64,000 nucleotides of DNA from IMG/VR virus record IMGVR_UViG_3300003375_000001, positions 96,001 through 160,000 of that record; one strand, written 5' to 3'. The position numbers were made by a program, and so were the translations under genes. Positions 19,924-29,181 of the stretch are shown here, piece by piece (position 1 is the first letter of the stretch; the number at the start of each line of letters is the position of its first letter). Below the pieces are notes generated by a model that made no database searches, was not told where the DNA came from, and saw only the letters and a program-made list of their open reading frames with translations. The DNA is from a virus (Duplodnaviria > Caudoviricetes).

Positions 19924-20191
19924 AGCAGTCAAAGCCGGTCTATGGCTATTTGCACTTATGATAGCTGCCCTTGCTGTACTATGGGGTGACTTCAGTAATA
20001 GCTTTGGAACTAACGATGTGGCTAAGAAAGTTTACGAGGAGACCGACTACGCTGCCATAGAAGCGACCTTCAACAGGTGTGTGGCTGAAGCCTCTGAAGG
20101 TGACGACGTTGTAAAGGACTGTCGCAATACAGCCGAAGAGATAGAAGAGGGTAAAGCCCTTGAACGCATCCGCCGAAAGGAACACCAATGA
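19901..20191 (+). CDS. hypothetical exported/membrane protein
   Basis: GGAG RBS; N-terminal hydrophobic helix; Cys pair. Confidence 0.6.
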   Translation: MKTVLKTEAVKAGLWLFALMIAALAVLWGDFSNSFGTNDVAKKVYEETDYAAIEATFNRCVAEASEGDDVVKDCRNTAEEIEEGKALERIRRKEHQ

Positions 20192-20448
20192 AAGTACGTG
20201 GTCGCTCAATCCCCGAAGCAGTTCTGGAAGAAGCTCGATCCATTCTGTCTTTGGGGCGGTATGACGAAGGCGTGTTATCTGTTTCTATAGCCTATGACAT
20301 CTGTTGCGTTGTCATGGACTCTATTCAGGAGCAGGAAAAAGAGCTGCGAAGGAGTCTAGCCATTGCCGAGTCTACTATAACAGACCGCAACGCTACTATT
20401 CTCGGCCTTCACCGCCAGATAAAGGAATTGAAGAATGAGAAAGACTGA
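20188..20448 (+). CDS. hypothetical protein
   Basis: ATGA overlap. Confidence 0.65.
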   Translation: MKVRGRSIPEAVLEEARSILSLGRYDEGVLSVSIAYDICCVVMDSIQEQEKELRRSLAIAESTITDRNATILGLHRQIKELKNEKD

Positions 20449-20935
20449 CTTTAATCCAACAGAAAATCTTAAAGAACTTTACGCCATGCTATGGGGTATA
20501 CCAGATGAAAAGTTTGAACTTGAGTGTTGGCGCTCGGTTAAAGGGGACCCAACGCTTGGCATGTATATACCTGACGAACGTTTGATAACCGATTGCGGCA
20601 CCGCGGCCTGCGCCATTGGTTTTGCTACGGCCTATCCTCCTTTTGTAAAACAAGGCCTGACCATTAGTCATAAGATCGAAGACAGTGAGCCTAGGTTTAA
20701 ACACTTCAAGGGGTGGAATGCCGTTACAAGATTCTTTGGTGTAAATGACATTCAGGCAAACTTTCTGTTTCTTAAGTCCCATTACGAGGTAGCGTCTGAG
20801 GTGCCAACCAAGTATAATGTTATGCGACGTATATTGTCTGTCTTATACGACAATGGCCATATAGACATACATCGGATGTTAGCCTGTAAAAGGGAAGTCA
20901 AAAACTTGGAATTAGGAGTCCTACCATGTCCATAA
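20435..20935 (+). CDS. conserved phage protein, paralogue 1 (CGTAACAIG)
   Basis: Aligns end to end with 20926-21384. Confidence 0.75.
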   Translation: MRKTDFNPTENLKELYAMLWGIPDEKFELECWRSVKGDPTLGMYIPDERLITDCGTAACAIGFATAYPPFVKQGLTISHKIEDSEPRFKHFKGWNAVTRFFGVNDIQANFLFLKSHYEVASEVPTKYNVMRRILSVLYDNGHIDIHRMLACKREVKNLELGVLPCP

Positions 20936-21384
20936 CACCAGTTAACGATCCTGTAGACAACCTTAAAGAACTGTGGGCACTACTAGACGGCATACCTGAT
21001 GAGAGATTCGACCTTGAGAGCTGGCGTAGCGTTCCTGATATCAGCGACAACGATCTTATAACTGGTTGCGGTACAGCCGCTTGCGCTATAGGATGGGCCA
21101 CGGCCAACCCACTGTTTAAGGCCCGCGGTTTTTACGTTGGCCGTTACAGTCCTAGTTACAACGAGTACAATGGCTGGCGCGCGGTAGAAGAATTCTTTGG
21201 CCTAACTGGAGAAGCCGCCCTGTGGCTATTCCACAAAAACTCGTATACAGAACCTACAAAGACGAGTGTGATGAACCGCATTCTCGAACACCTGTGTGAG
21301 TTCGGGCACATCACGAAGGCTCGCAAAGACCTTCTGTGGAAGCCTATTCTCGAAGACGTGTTTGAATGTTCTACTTGCGATTGA
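20926..21384 (+). CDS. conserved phage protein, paralogue 2 (CGTAACAIG)
   Basis: AGGAG RBS; tandem paralogue of the previous gene. Confidence 0.75.
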   Translation: MSITPVNDPVDNLKELWALLDGIPDERFDLESWRSVPDISDNDLITGCGTAACAIGWATANPLFKARGFYVGRYSPSYNEYNGWRAVEEFFGLTGEAALWLFHKNSYTEPTKTSVMNRILEHLCEFGHITKARKDLLWKPILEDVFECSTCD

Positions 21385-21397
21385 TAGGACAACCAGC

Positions 21398-21604
21398 ATG
21401 ACTGACGAAGACTCTGAAAAATTCGTAGGTGACGCTTCTGCGGCATTCATAGCCAAAGTTAACGACACCATTATCCCGTCCACGTTGTCGTCTCATCCCG
21501 GCCGTGTCATTCGGCGATTGAAACGTCTTGGCATAACGTCTGCGGAGATCTGGAAATGCAGTTTAAGAAAGAAACGAAAGGCGGATGGTTTCACCCTTCC
21601 GTAA
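21398..21604 (+). CDS. hypothetical protein
   Basis: AGGA RBS before ATG 21398. Confidence 0.55.
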   Translation: MTDEDSEKFVGDASAAFIAKVNDTIIPSTLSSHPGRVIRRLKRLGITSAEIWKCSLRKKRKADGFTLP

Positions 21605-21984
21605 AACCTCCGTGTAAGCTAGTCTTATGCAAGGTATGTATTCATCCTAGAGGTTCCATCTACTACGCGGTATGGGACTTGTATCAATGGCTGACGTTCT
21701 CTTCGGACAAGCAGGCTGCCTTGAACATGTCTCATCACACAGACATACCTTTCTATTGGCAGGTGGTTAAAGAAATAGACAGCGTACCTATGACTAGCAA
21801 GCCTCCGGGTACGGGGTGGTACAAGGTCAAGATGAAGTCGCCCGCTGTTAAACACTGTGTTTTCTGGTGCTACTGGAATGGTGTCGACTGGTCTCAACTC
21901 TTCCCTGCGTTCCCTCATAAGTCTACACGCTTGGTGTTCTCTAAGAAAGACTTAATATACCTGTCAAACAATCTAGCATTTTAA
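21556..21984 (+). CDS. hypothetical Trp-rich protein
   Basis: GGAGA RBS; two loosely similar halves ending in W..W. Confidence 0.6.
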   Translation: MQFKKETKGGWFHPSVKPPCKLVLCKVCIHPRGSIYYAVWDLYQWLTFSSDKQAALNMSHHTDIPFYWQVVKEIDSVPMTSKPPGTGWYKVKMKSPAVKHCVFWCYWNGVDWSQLFPAFPHKSTRLVFSKKDLIYLSNNLAF

Positions 21985-22020
21985 TGCGGCCTTTCAACTC
22001 AGTAACTGGAAAGACGCATT

Positions 22021-22203
22021 ATGGCAGACGTATTAAACACCTCAGAACTTATAACTCACCTTGACCCCGATGGAGACACACTTACATGCCTAGGTTGTGG
22101 TAGCCCGATGACCGATAGTAATCAGGCCAATGTATTATGTGCCAAATGTCAGAATGACTTGGAGTCACCGTCGTCTTTCTCAAACGTTAGCCGCGACTTT
22201 TGA
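22021..22203 (+). CDS. small zinc-ribbon protein
   Basis: CLGC...CAKC. Confidence 0.6.
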   Translation: MADVLNTSELITHLDPDGDTLTCLGCGSPMTDSNQANVLCAKCQNDLESPSSFSNVSRDF

Positions 22204-22412
22204 TCCGTAGTCTTGCGGTGTCGGTTCTGTTAATAAGCAGTGACAAGACACCGCAAGGAGACTGCTTGGGTACTCGTAGCCCTTTAATCTACAAGATATC
22301 ATTAGGCCTATCCTGTGCCACACTATCCCTGTATCCCGCACTGAAGTCTGTCACCTCTCTAGTCTGGCTATACCTAGCATTACCTGTCAAGACCAAAAGA
22401 AAGAACCCCCTT

Positions 22413-22823
22413 ATGCCCAACACCTCGTTTACAGACCTCGAAACCCGTCTCAACAATCTACGGAGGGAAAACGCAAGCTTAGACGCTAGCCCCATTATAG
22501 TGGAACCTGGTAGTCAGCCTGTGGACTACTCTTACGGGTGTCTGCTAATTGACCTGGCAAAGAAAAATCTAGATGAAGCGTGCCCTGATAGACAGAAGGA
22601 ACGTATTAGTCTTTCTCTTGAAGTACTTCATATCGGCCTAGATAGCCTGAAGGAGTGGGCTCGTCTTAAGGGTGTACCTGTCGCTGACCTCAAAGAGCCT
22701 CGCCGTACCTTTCATTTAGAAGCTGGCGTTGTGCCCCATACCGTGTGCACCGCTGACCTAGTAACCCGACTGGGTAGTGGTGCTGCCCAAGGAGAACTGA
22801 AGCACTTTCAAAATAAAGACTGA
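22413..22823 (+). CDS. hypothetical protein (start uncertain; track gives TTG 22200)
   Basis: First ATG is at 22413; the upstream 210 nt are rich in inverted repeats. Confidence 0.6.
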   Translation: MPNTSFTDLETRLNNLRRENASLDASPIIVEPGSQPVDYSYGCLLIDLAKKNLDEACPDRQKERISLSLEVLHIGLDSLKEWARLKGVPVADLKEPRRTFHLEAGVVPHTVCTADLVTRLGSGAAQGELKHFQNKD

Positions 22824-22858
22824 AGCGTTGTTGTAGTCACCAAACAGGAGAAAAGCAA

Positions 22859-23215
22859 ATGTACCCAAAAGCAATAACTGGCATCGTTCAAGTAGACACC
22901 GAAGAACAGGTTGTTGATGTTATGGATAACCATAACTCGACTAAACCGAAACGAACGATAAAGCCCAAGTCATTTGATGCGTTTCTTAAACTACACAACG
23001 CCAGAAAGAAGACTGACCATCAACGTTTAGGTCAACGGTTTTGTTTCATGTATGTACCACGCAAGTGGCCCGAGTTGTTTTACGCGGACTTCCCTACAGC
23101 AAAGGAGATGATATGTGCCTGGCTTATTGAAAATCAATTCACTACCTACCTTCCCGAGGTCAACGATCTTGAAAATAGGATTCGTGAACTTCGTGCCAAG
23201 TTCGGCAAAGCTTAA
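22859..23215 (+). CDS. hypothetical protein
   Basis: AGGAG RBS. Confidence 0.7.
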   Translation: MYPKAITGIVQVDTEEQVVDVMDNHNSTKPKRTIKPKSFDAFLKLHNARKKTDHQRLGQRFCFMYVPRKWPELFYADFPTAKEMICAWLIENQFTTYLPEVNDLENRIRELRAKFGKA

Positions 23216-23247
23216 TCAAGCAAGCCTCTTTATAGAAAGATCATCAC

Positions 23248-23919
23248 ATGTCTCTCATTTCCAAACTGGTTTCTACTGCTACTGGTCTCGCTCATGACGC
23301 GGTCGACGCATTGACTCCCACTGAGTCAGCCTTGCGTCAAGCAAAGCGTGAAGACGCAGAAGCCATTGACAAGCTCAACGCCTCTTTGGTAGACCTGGAA
23401 GCACGTAAGACCGTCGCACAAGCTAAGTTGAACGAAGCCGACGGTACTGTCGAAAACTGGAACCGCCTTGCGCAGGACAACGCTACGGCATCCAAGGAGA
23501 ATCCTGATAATGCAGATTCCTTTGTCGCCAAGGCTCGCCAGTGTTTGGAGCATGCGCAAGCCAGCAAGGCCCAAGCCGACGCACTACGCAAGGAACTGTC
23601 AACCCTGGAAGAGTCTACGAAAGGTCTGAAGGATCAATTGCTGAAGGCCAAAAGTCAGATCGAAGACAATGCAGCGGGCATTGAAATCCTTGGCATTAAA
23701 GCGTCTGCCGCAGAAGCGAAAGAGGCCGTAGCCGACGTGGTTGCTTCCGCGACATCAGGCCTAGCACGTAACGAACTGACGGACAAGATCGTACACCAGG
23801 ACGCAGTGGCTTCAGCCCGAATCAACCTCGCTAGTGAGTCGAACCCGACAGCCAATGACTTTGAAGTGCCTAAGACTTCGAGCGTTGACGCCGCCCTTGC
23901 CGACTTGCTGAAAAAGTAA
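23248..23919 (+). CDS. pspA: PspA/IM30 (bacterial ESCRT-III) family protein
   Basis: 223 aa, all helical; N-terminal amphipathic MSLISKLV.., ALRQA.RE, long coiled coil, C-terminal VDAALADL. Confidence 0.7.
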   Translation: MSLISKLVSTATGLAHDAVDALTPTESALRQAKREDAEAIDKLNASLVDLEARKTVAQAKLNEADGTVENWNRLAQDNATASKENPDNADSFVAKARQCLEHAQASKAQADALRKELSTLEESTKGLKDQLLKAKSQIEDNAAGIEILGIKASAAEAKEAVADVVASATSGLARNELTDKIVHQDAVASARINLASESNPTANDFEVPKTSSVDAALADLLKK

Positions 23920-23920
23920 C

Positions 23921-24115
23921 GTGTCAAAGGCCCTTGAGTTTAAAGGCCACACTGTTATGCCTGGAACTGTTCTACATGAGCTGCTTACCAAAGGTGAGAC
24001 AAAGAAAGCGAATGAACAGTTCCAGCAAGTGTTGACTACTTACAAAAAGCTTACTGGCGAGTTCGCTAAAGCTTCTGTTCAATCTCCCGAAACTATTGAA
24101 GGAGTTAAATCATGA
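23921..24115 (+). CDS. hypothetical protein
   Basis: GTG start abutting pspA; ATGA-coupled to the next gene. Confidence 0.6.
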   Translation: MSKALEFKGHTVMPGTVLHELLTKGETKKANEQFQQVLTTYKKLTGEFAKASVQSPETIEGVKS

Positions 24116-25359
24116 TGAAAAACCTTTACCTTATAGTCTGCGCGTTAGCCGTTACACTCGCGTATGCCTTACCGTCTGAAGACGCAGTGAAGGGCTTAAT
24201 GCGACAAGGTAACTTTGCCGTTGCAGAAGACCAGATTAAACAACTGGTTAACGCGGAGCCAAACAATGCCAAGTACTTGTACTGGCTATCTCAGTCGGAA
24301 GAGAGAAACAAGGAACTTCCGCAGGCTCTGGTGCACATTCGTCACGCTCTCACTATCGACCCCTCTATCTCGTTTGGTCGACCCGAAGTTGTAACCGCCA
24401 TGGTATCGCGTCTTGACCGACTGCAAAATCACACGTATGCACGAGCTGAGCTTAGTCAGCAGGTCGCGCGCACAGATCAACGGAGGTTGGAAAGTCAACC
24501 AGCGCACTCTGAAGACAACTCCTGGATTTGGCGCTCTGCTGTTGCTGTGTTTTTCATCCTGTGCATGATAGTAGGATCGATCCTACTTATCAAGTGGTGG
24601 GTTACGAGAACTAAGGCTATAAAAGAGCGGGCCAAGTTTATGAAGGCCAAGACAGATATTCTCACGGTGTTTTTGAACACACGTAAGAAGGCTGAAGACG
24701 CGCTTGCCATGTATCGTTTGTCTACTAATGAAGGTGACAAGACACGGGTTGATCAAGTCAGTGATGTTCTAACCAGCTACATCTATCCAGGTATAAACAA
24801 TCTTCAAAAGTTTGAGTATAAGCCTGGAGCTTACTCCGACTTATCCATACATGAGCGTAACGCAAACAACGTGGTTAGTCTGCTGTTGAAAGCACAGACG
24901 GTTAAGGTTGATGCCACACCTCTTAAAGGTAGTCTAGGAGACAAGTCTGATTCATTTCAGCAGATTTTTGGTAAAGTCTTTGAGAACGACAGACAGCCTG
25001 CAGCCAATACAAAAACAACCACCTATGCCGATTCTAGCCCACGTAGGGCTCATCGATCTGCCGGCTACGCGCCTCCACCCTCACCTCCAGTAGTTAATCA
25101 CCATGACACTACGACCGTGGTGGTAGCAGGCCAACAAAACTCTGTGGTGGATGACATTATAAGACTAGATATGGCCGAGAGTCTGCTTGAACAAACTCGT
25201 CCAGAGGTAGTGAATAACTATTATGAGCGTCCACGCGTAGACGTAGACTACACGCCAGCCCCGACCCCTAGTTACGACAGCAGCCCTAGCCTTGATATAG
25301 ATTCAGGCTCTGGTTCAGGCTTCGACTTTGACAGTGGCCCTTCATTGGACCTGGACTAA
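24112..25359 (+). CDS. signal peptide + TPR + transmembrane protein with low-complexity acidic tail
   Basis: Signal peptide, EPNNAKYLYWLSQ..AL..DP TPR, TM helix, cytoplasmic coiled region, D/S/G tail. Confidence 0.75.
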   Translation: MMKNLYLIVCALAVTLAYALPSEDAVKGLMRQGNFAVAEDQIKQLVNAEPNNAKYLYWLSQSEERNKELPQALVHIRHALTIDPSISFGRPEVVTAMVSRLDRLQNHTYARAELSQQVARTDQRRLESQPAHSEDNSWIWRSAVAVFFILCMIVGSILLIKWWVTRTKAIKERAKFMKAKTDILTVFLNTRKKAEDALAMYRLSTNEGDKTRVDQVSDVLTSYIYPGINNLQKFEYKPGAYSDLSIHERNANNVVSLLLKAQTVKVDATPLKGSLGDKSDSFQQIFGKVFENDRQPAANTKTTTYADSSPRRAHRSAGYAPPPSPPVVNHHDTTTVVVAGQQNSVVDDIIRLDMAESLLEQTRPEVVNNYYERPRVDVDYTPAPTPSYDSSPSLDIDSGSGSGFDFDSGPSLDLD

Positions 25360-25446
25360 CTTAACTGTTAACCCTAAGCAAGAGTTAGGCCCGCGGTGCT
25401 CCTACTCTTGCAATATTTCAAACGCACCGCAAACAACTTGGAAATA

Positions 25447-25947
25447 ATGAACATGCCTTCTATTCGTTTTGATCAACTCGGCCTTCTCTCCGTATTCACT
25501 CTTTCAAAGAAGTCAGCCCTTGACCCTAGCTTTATTCTGATAAAGGTTGGAAATACAACTGCCGTCAAACGAGGAGCTGACGTAAGGCCTGAGAAGGTAC
25601 GCTTTAAGAAGTCGGCTGAAGTTTGGGAACAGCACGGGCTTACTGTAAGCTTTGACGGATTCTTGCTAGGGTTGTCACATGACGCGTTCCCAGAGGTACC
25701 TGAGTCCTCGGCTACAGGAGAATCGGAGTCTGATAGGATGACTTACATATCCACAAATGCTATGACCACGTCCATGCAAGACAAAGAGGCCGACGACTTG
25801 GTTAAGGCCCTAGAGAAGGTCCCTGACGCCATCGCAAACAATAAAAAACTGCCGATGACGAAAGTCCAGAAAAAGGCACTGCCGAAGAAGGATCCGGGGA
25901 AGAAGGTAGCCAAGAAAGCTCTTCCTAAGAAGACTTCCAAGAATTAA
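25447..25947 (+). CDS. hypothetical protein with Lys-rich H1-like tail
   Basis: KKALPKK twice at the C-terminus. Confidence 0.65.
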   Translation: MNMPSIRFDQLGLLSVFTLSKKSALDPSFILIKVGNTTAVKRGADVRPEKVRFKKSAEVWEQHGLTVSFDGFLLGLSHDAFPEVPESSATGESESDRMTYISTNAMTTSMQDKEADDLVKALEKVPDAIANNKKLPMTKVQKKALPKKDPGKKVAKKALPKKTSKN

Positions 25948-26009
25948 ATCCCAATAACAGAGAAGCTTATAACCTAGGCTCCTCTTCCTTTTTACTACAA
26001 AGGACAATC

Positions 26010-26969
26010 ATGAACCAATACGAAACTTACCTACGCCACGTTTTGACAAAGGGTCGCTACAAGACAGATAGAACAGGCACAGGCACCTTGTCGACCTTTG
26101 GGTATCAAATTAGGTTTGACCTCGCTGAAGGTTTCCCTTTGGTCACCACTAAGAAGGTGCACTTCAAGTCTATCGTCACTGAACTGCTGTGGTTCTTGCG
26201 TGGTGACACAAACGTCAAATGGCTGCAGGAACATGGCTGCACAATCTGGGATGAGTGGGCTCGGGCTGACGGGTCACTAGGTCCCGTGTACGGTAAGCAA
26301 TGGCGCGACTGGTCAGGAAAAGTAAGTTTACACCGTAGTGACGTGATTCACCCTTTGTATGCTAACGCGTATCTTGTCGATGAGGATAACAAAGGTGTAG
26401 TTGCTTTTCAGGAACGCATTGATCAATTACAAGACGCCATTACCAAGCTTCGCACTAACCCCGATGACCGTCGTATCATCGTTAGCGCGTGGAACGTTGC
26501 TGATATCCCTGACATGGCTTTACCACCTTGCCATGCATTTTTTCAGTTCTACACTGAGGAACTTACCTTGACGGAACGCGAAGACCTTGCCGCTGCCGAC
26601 GAGATTCCTAAATACTACATGGACGAAAATCATGTACCAACTCGTAGGTTGTCTTGCCAGCTGTATCAGCGGTCCTGCGATTCTTTCCTGGGCGTCCCTT
26701 TCAATATCGCAAGCTATGCATTGCTGACGCATATCATTGCAGCAGAAGTGAACATGGTCGCGGGGGACTTCGTTTGGACAGGGGGTGACTGCCATATCTA
26801 CAACAATCACATGGAACAGGTTCACCAACAGTTGCAACGTGACCCCTACCCCTACCCCACCCTCCTCTTTGTCAACGGCGTCAAGAAATTTGACGAATAC
26901 CTGCCTGGAGATTTTGACGTAGACAAATACGTTCATCACCCCGCCATCAAAGCACCTGTTGCGGTATGA
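26010..26969 (+). CDS. thyA: thymidylate synthase
   Basis: [54 protein letters not shown]. Confidence 0.97.
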   Translation: MNQYETYLRHVLTKGRYKTDRTGTGTLSTFGYQIRFDLAEGFPLVTTKKVHFKSIVTELLWFLRGDTNVKWLQEHGCTIWDEWARADGSLGPVYGKQWRDWSGKVSLHRSDVIHPLYANAYLVDEDNKGVVAFQERIDQLQDAITKLRTNPDDRRIIVSAWNVADIPDMALPPCHAFFQFYTEELTLTEREDLAAADEIPKYYMDENHVPTRRLSCQLYQRSCDSFLGVPFNIASYALLTHIIAAEVNMVAGDFVWTGGDCHIYNNHMEQVHQQLQRDPYPYPTLLFVNGVKKFDEYLPGDFDVDKYVHHPAIKAPVAV

Positions 26970-27403
26970 ACTTCTACGATACAACAAGGCAGGTTAGTGC
27001 AAGAGACTTGCAGACCATAGCGGCGTTGTCTTGCTTTGTAGACCAAGTACCTAAGTCAGTTCTATACGAGGTAGCTTACTACGTGCAACGCTGCGAAATG
27101 AAAGGCTTTGCCACCACGGATGACCAGAGGCGTCTTTGTGCGAACAGGTACTTGGCAGGAAAGCGAAAGGTTAGCGCGCCAGGCACTGAAAGGCGCAGAA
27201 AGGCTAAAGCCGTTTGCAAACGCATTGTTAGTAATCCTCCTTCTGAACTTGTCAAAGCGTTGGAAACAGCTCTAGCTAGCGTTCCGTCTCAAAAGTCTGA
27301 TAACAAGGTAATCAACTCTATCGTGGGAAAGGTCTTGAAAATATACAAGACAGACCCTCAAGCAGTACGCGAGTTGATAGTTAAACGTTTAGCCCCTTAC
27401 TAG
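26966..27403 (+). CDS. protein with C-terminal GatB/YqeY-like helical domain
   Basis: [23 protein letters not shown] resembles the GatB tail. Confidence 0.45.
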   Translation: MNFYDTTRQVSARDLQTIAALSCFVDQVPKSVLYEVAYYVQRCEMKGFATTDDQRRLCANRYLAGKRKVSAPGTERRRKAKAVCKRIVSNPPSELVKALETALASVPSQKSDNKVINSIVGKVLKIYKTDPQAVRELIVKRLAPY

Positions 27404-27411
27404 GAGAACTA

Positions 27412-27615
27412 ATGTCATTCCTATGCAATCTAGGATTTCACCGCTTCAAAAAGCGTGAGATTCACTTTAACCAGGGGGCGCCTTGGGTGCCGGAAGTACC
27501 AGTGCCTGCGTCCGTCTTGCTTCGATGTGCTTGTGGAGAAGCCAAGCTAGACCCCAGTGGAGAAATGCCAACTATCCTAGTGTTCTCTACATCGCCTGTA
27601 AAGGTAAAGTCATGA
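27412..27615 (+). CDS. hypothetical protein
   Basis: AGGAG RBS; LC.LGFH...RCACG. Confidence 0.6.
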   Translation: MSFLCNLGFHRFKKREIHFNQGAPWVPEVPVPASVLLRCACGEAKLDPSGEMPTILVFSTSPVKVKS

Positions 27616-27860
27616 GTACAATAGGCAGTATTCAATATGCAAGACCTGATACTGTGGCTAAAGTAGAGGCTCTGCACGCTGAAATTAAACATTTGCTAGA
27701 CTTGGAGAAAGAGGTTGTACTAGCCACTCAGTATAGCCACCTTAGTGACTTCTGGAAGTCGGTTGTTGAAACCAACATAGACTTCCTTAGACATCCCCCC
27801 GCCTATAGAAAATCTTGGGGCTCAAGTTCAGGTCAAAATGTACGTCTACCTGGAGATTGA
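27612..27860 (+). CDS. hypothetical protein
   Basis: ATGA overlap. Confidence 0.6.
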   Translation: MSTIGSIQYARPDTVAKVEALHAEIKHLLDLEKEVVLATQYSHLSDFWKSVVETNIDFLRHPPAYRKSWGSSSGQNVRLPGD

Positions 27861-27862
27861 TC

Positions 27863-28231
27863 ATGAAAGAAATAGCTTTCGAAAGTTACGTGGAACACCT
27901 TTGTGAAATGAATGCCTTGCATTTTAAAGACTGCCCTAACGAACGAGGTGTCCTAAACGACGTATGCGACGTTTTGGACAAGATGGCGCAAGAAGTACCT
28001 TTCGCATACTTGCGTGGCGACGGAGTTATAGTATTCAACGAAAAGAATTCTCCGCCTCCTCAAATAAAGAACTGGCCTGCAGCCCTTAACTGGACTATGT
28101 GGCACGGTGAACATCATGAAGCTCTACGACACGGCTGGCTTCCGTTGTATCTCAACCCCTTTCAGTCTCTGCCACAACAAACAGTCTCCCCTCAACTCGA
28201 TCTTGCCATTCAAGGGCAAGAATACTGTTAA
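27863..28231 (+). CDS. hypothetical protein
   Basis: GGAG RBS. Confidence 0.65.
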   Translation: MKEIAFESYVEHLCEMNALHFKDCPNERGVLNDVCDVLDKMAQEVPFAYLRGDGVIVFNEKNSPPPQIKNWPAALNWTMWHGEHHEALRHGWLPLYLNPFQSLPQQTVSPQLDLAIQGQEYC

Positions 28232-28246
28232 ACAATAGCAAGACTA

Positions 28247-28289
28247 AAGATGGTACTATAAGCCTTAAGCCGGTTGATAGTACCATCTT
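28247..28289. repeat. 13-bp perfect inverted repeat (hairpin, 17-nt loop)
   Basis: AAGATGGTACTAT ... ATAGTACCATCTT in an intergenic gap. Confidence 0.85.
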
Positions 28290-28311
28290 CCCTATCTAAA
28301 CGAGGTTCACA

Positions 28312-28635
28312 ATGTCTTATACTGAACGCTGGTTAGTATGTAAAATGCATGGGGACAAGAAAGCTGTCTTCTATACGCTTTCCGTTGAAAGAAACAGTTC
28401 TACTTACAGACAAAGGATATCTTTGTTTTGGTTTAAGACCAGGGAACTCGGTAGGGCTTTTGGAAAAAAACCAGGAAACCATCGTAAGGTTAAATACTGC
28501 TTTGTAGAACCTTTCTATGAACACAGGGCCCAGTTGACCCCTATCGAAAAAGAATTCACCAGCGTGTTTGAGTTTTACGAACATATAGGGTATGATCGTA
28601 AGGCCCAACGATACAGAAAACCCACATGCGTTTGA
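28312..28635 (+). CDS. hypothetical protein
   Basis: GAGGT RBS. Confidence 0.65.
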   Translation: MSYTERWLVCKMHGDKKAVFYTLSVERNSSTYRQRISLFWFKTRELGRAFGKKPGNHRKVKYCFVEPFYEHRAQLTPIEKEFTSVFEFYEHIGYDRKAQRYRKPTCV

Positions 28636-28668
28636 GTACGCGACGGTCTATTTTAACGGAGATACTGA

Positions 28669-29175
28669 ATGACTGAACCTAAACGCGCGTGGGACGCCGT
28701 TTTGTCCGAAACGAAAGAACGGCTGGCCAACCCAGTAGTAGGAGACCGCTTTCAAGAGCACTATACCTATTTTATTTATGTGCTAGCTGTAGACGACACC
28801 CACGTCACTATAGCTGACACTGTGGGATGTGAAGCCTCTTACGCTGCTAGGATGAAAGCTAAAGGCAAGTCACTGGTAGGGGACACTACCAGGTGTGAAG
28901 TGCCAGACGACTTGCGTCTAGTTAAGATGACTAGAGAAGAACTAGTGGAAAACAGAAGTGGTGTTGTTTACTTGGATACCGTGGCACTTCATAGTATAGA
29001 AGGTTGGCTCGAAGTGCTGCAGGGAAAAGAACCGCCACCAAAAGAAAAGCTTCCTGACCCCACGTACTACGAGGCCAAGAGGAAGCTAATGCTGGACGTG
29101 GCTAATGCTAAAACTGGACAAGCAATCCACGCGGTGCTGTTAAAAGCACTAGATACCTTTCAACTCTATTTGTGA
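28669..29175 (+). CDS. hypothetical protein
   Basis: GGAGA RBS. Confidence 0.7.
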   Translation: MTEPKRAWDAVLSETKERLANPVVGDRFQEHYTYFIYVLAVDDTHVTIADTVGCEASYAARMKAKGKSLVGDTTRCEVPDDLRLVKMTREELVENRSGVVYLDTVALHSIEGWLEVLQGKEPPPKEKLPDPTYYEAKRKLMLDVANAKTGQAIHAVLLKALDTFQLYL

Positions 29176-29181
29176 GTCTAC

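Noticed and set aside
25379-25412. Hairpin GCAAGAGTTAGG/CCTACTCTTGC as a terminator or ncRNA
   Set aside because: Bulged stem with no U-tract; insufficient support
26010-26969. dCMP/dUMP hydroxymethylase supplying the acceptor for the glycosyltransferases
   Set aside because: Canonical ThyA motifs, including the Asn in PFNIASY, point to an ordinary dTMP synthase
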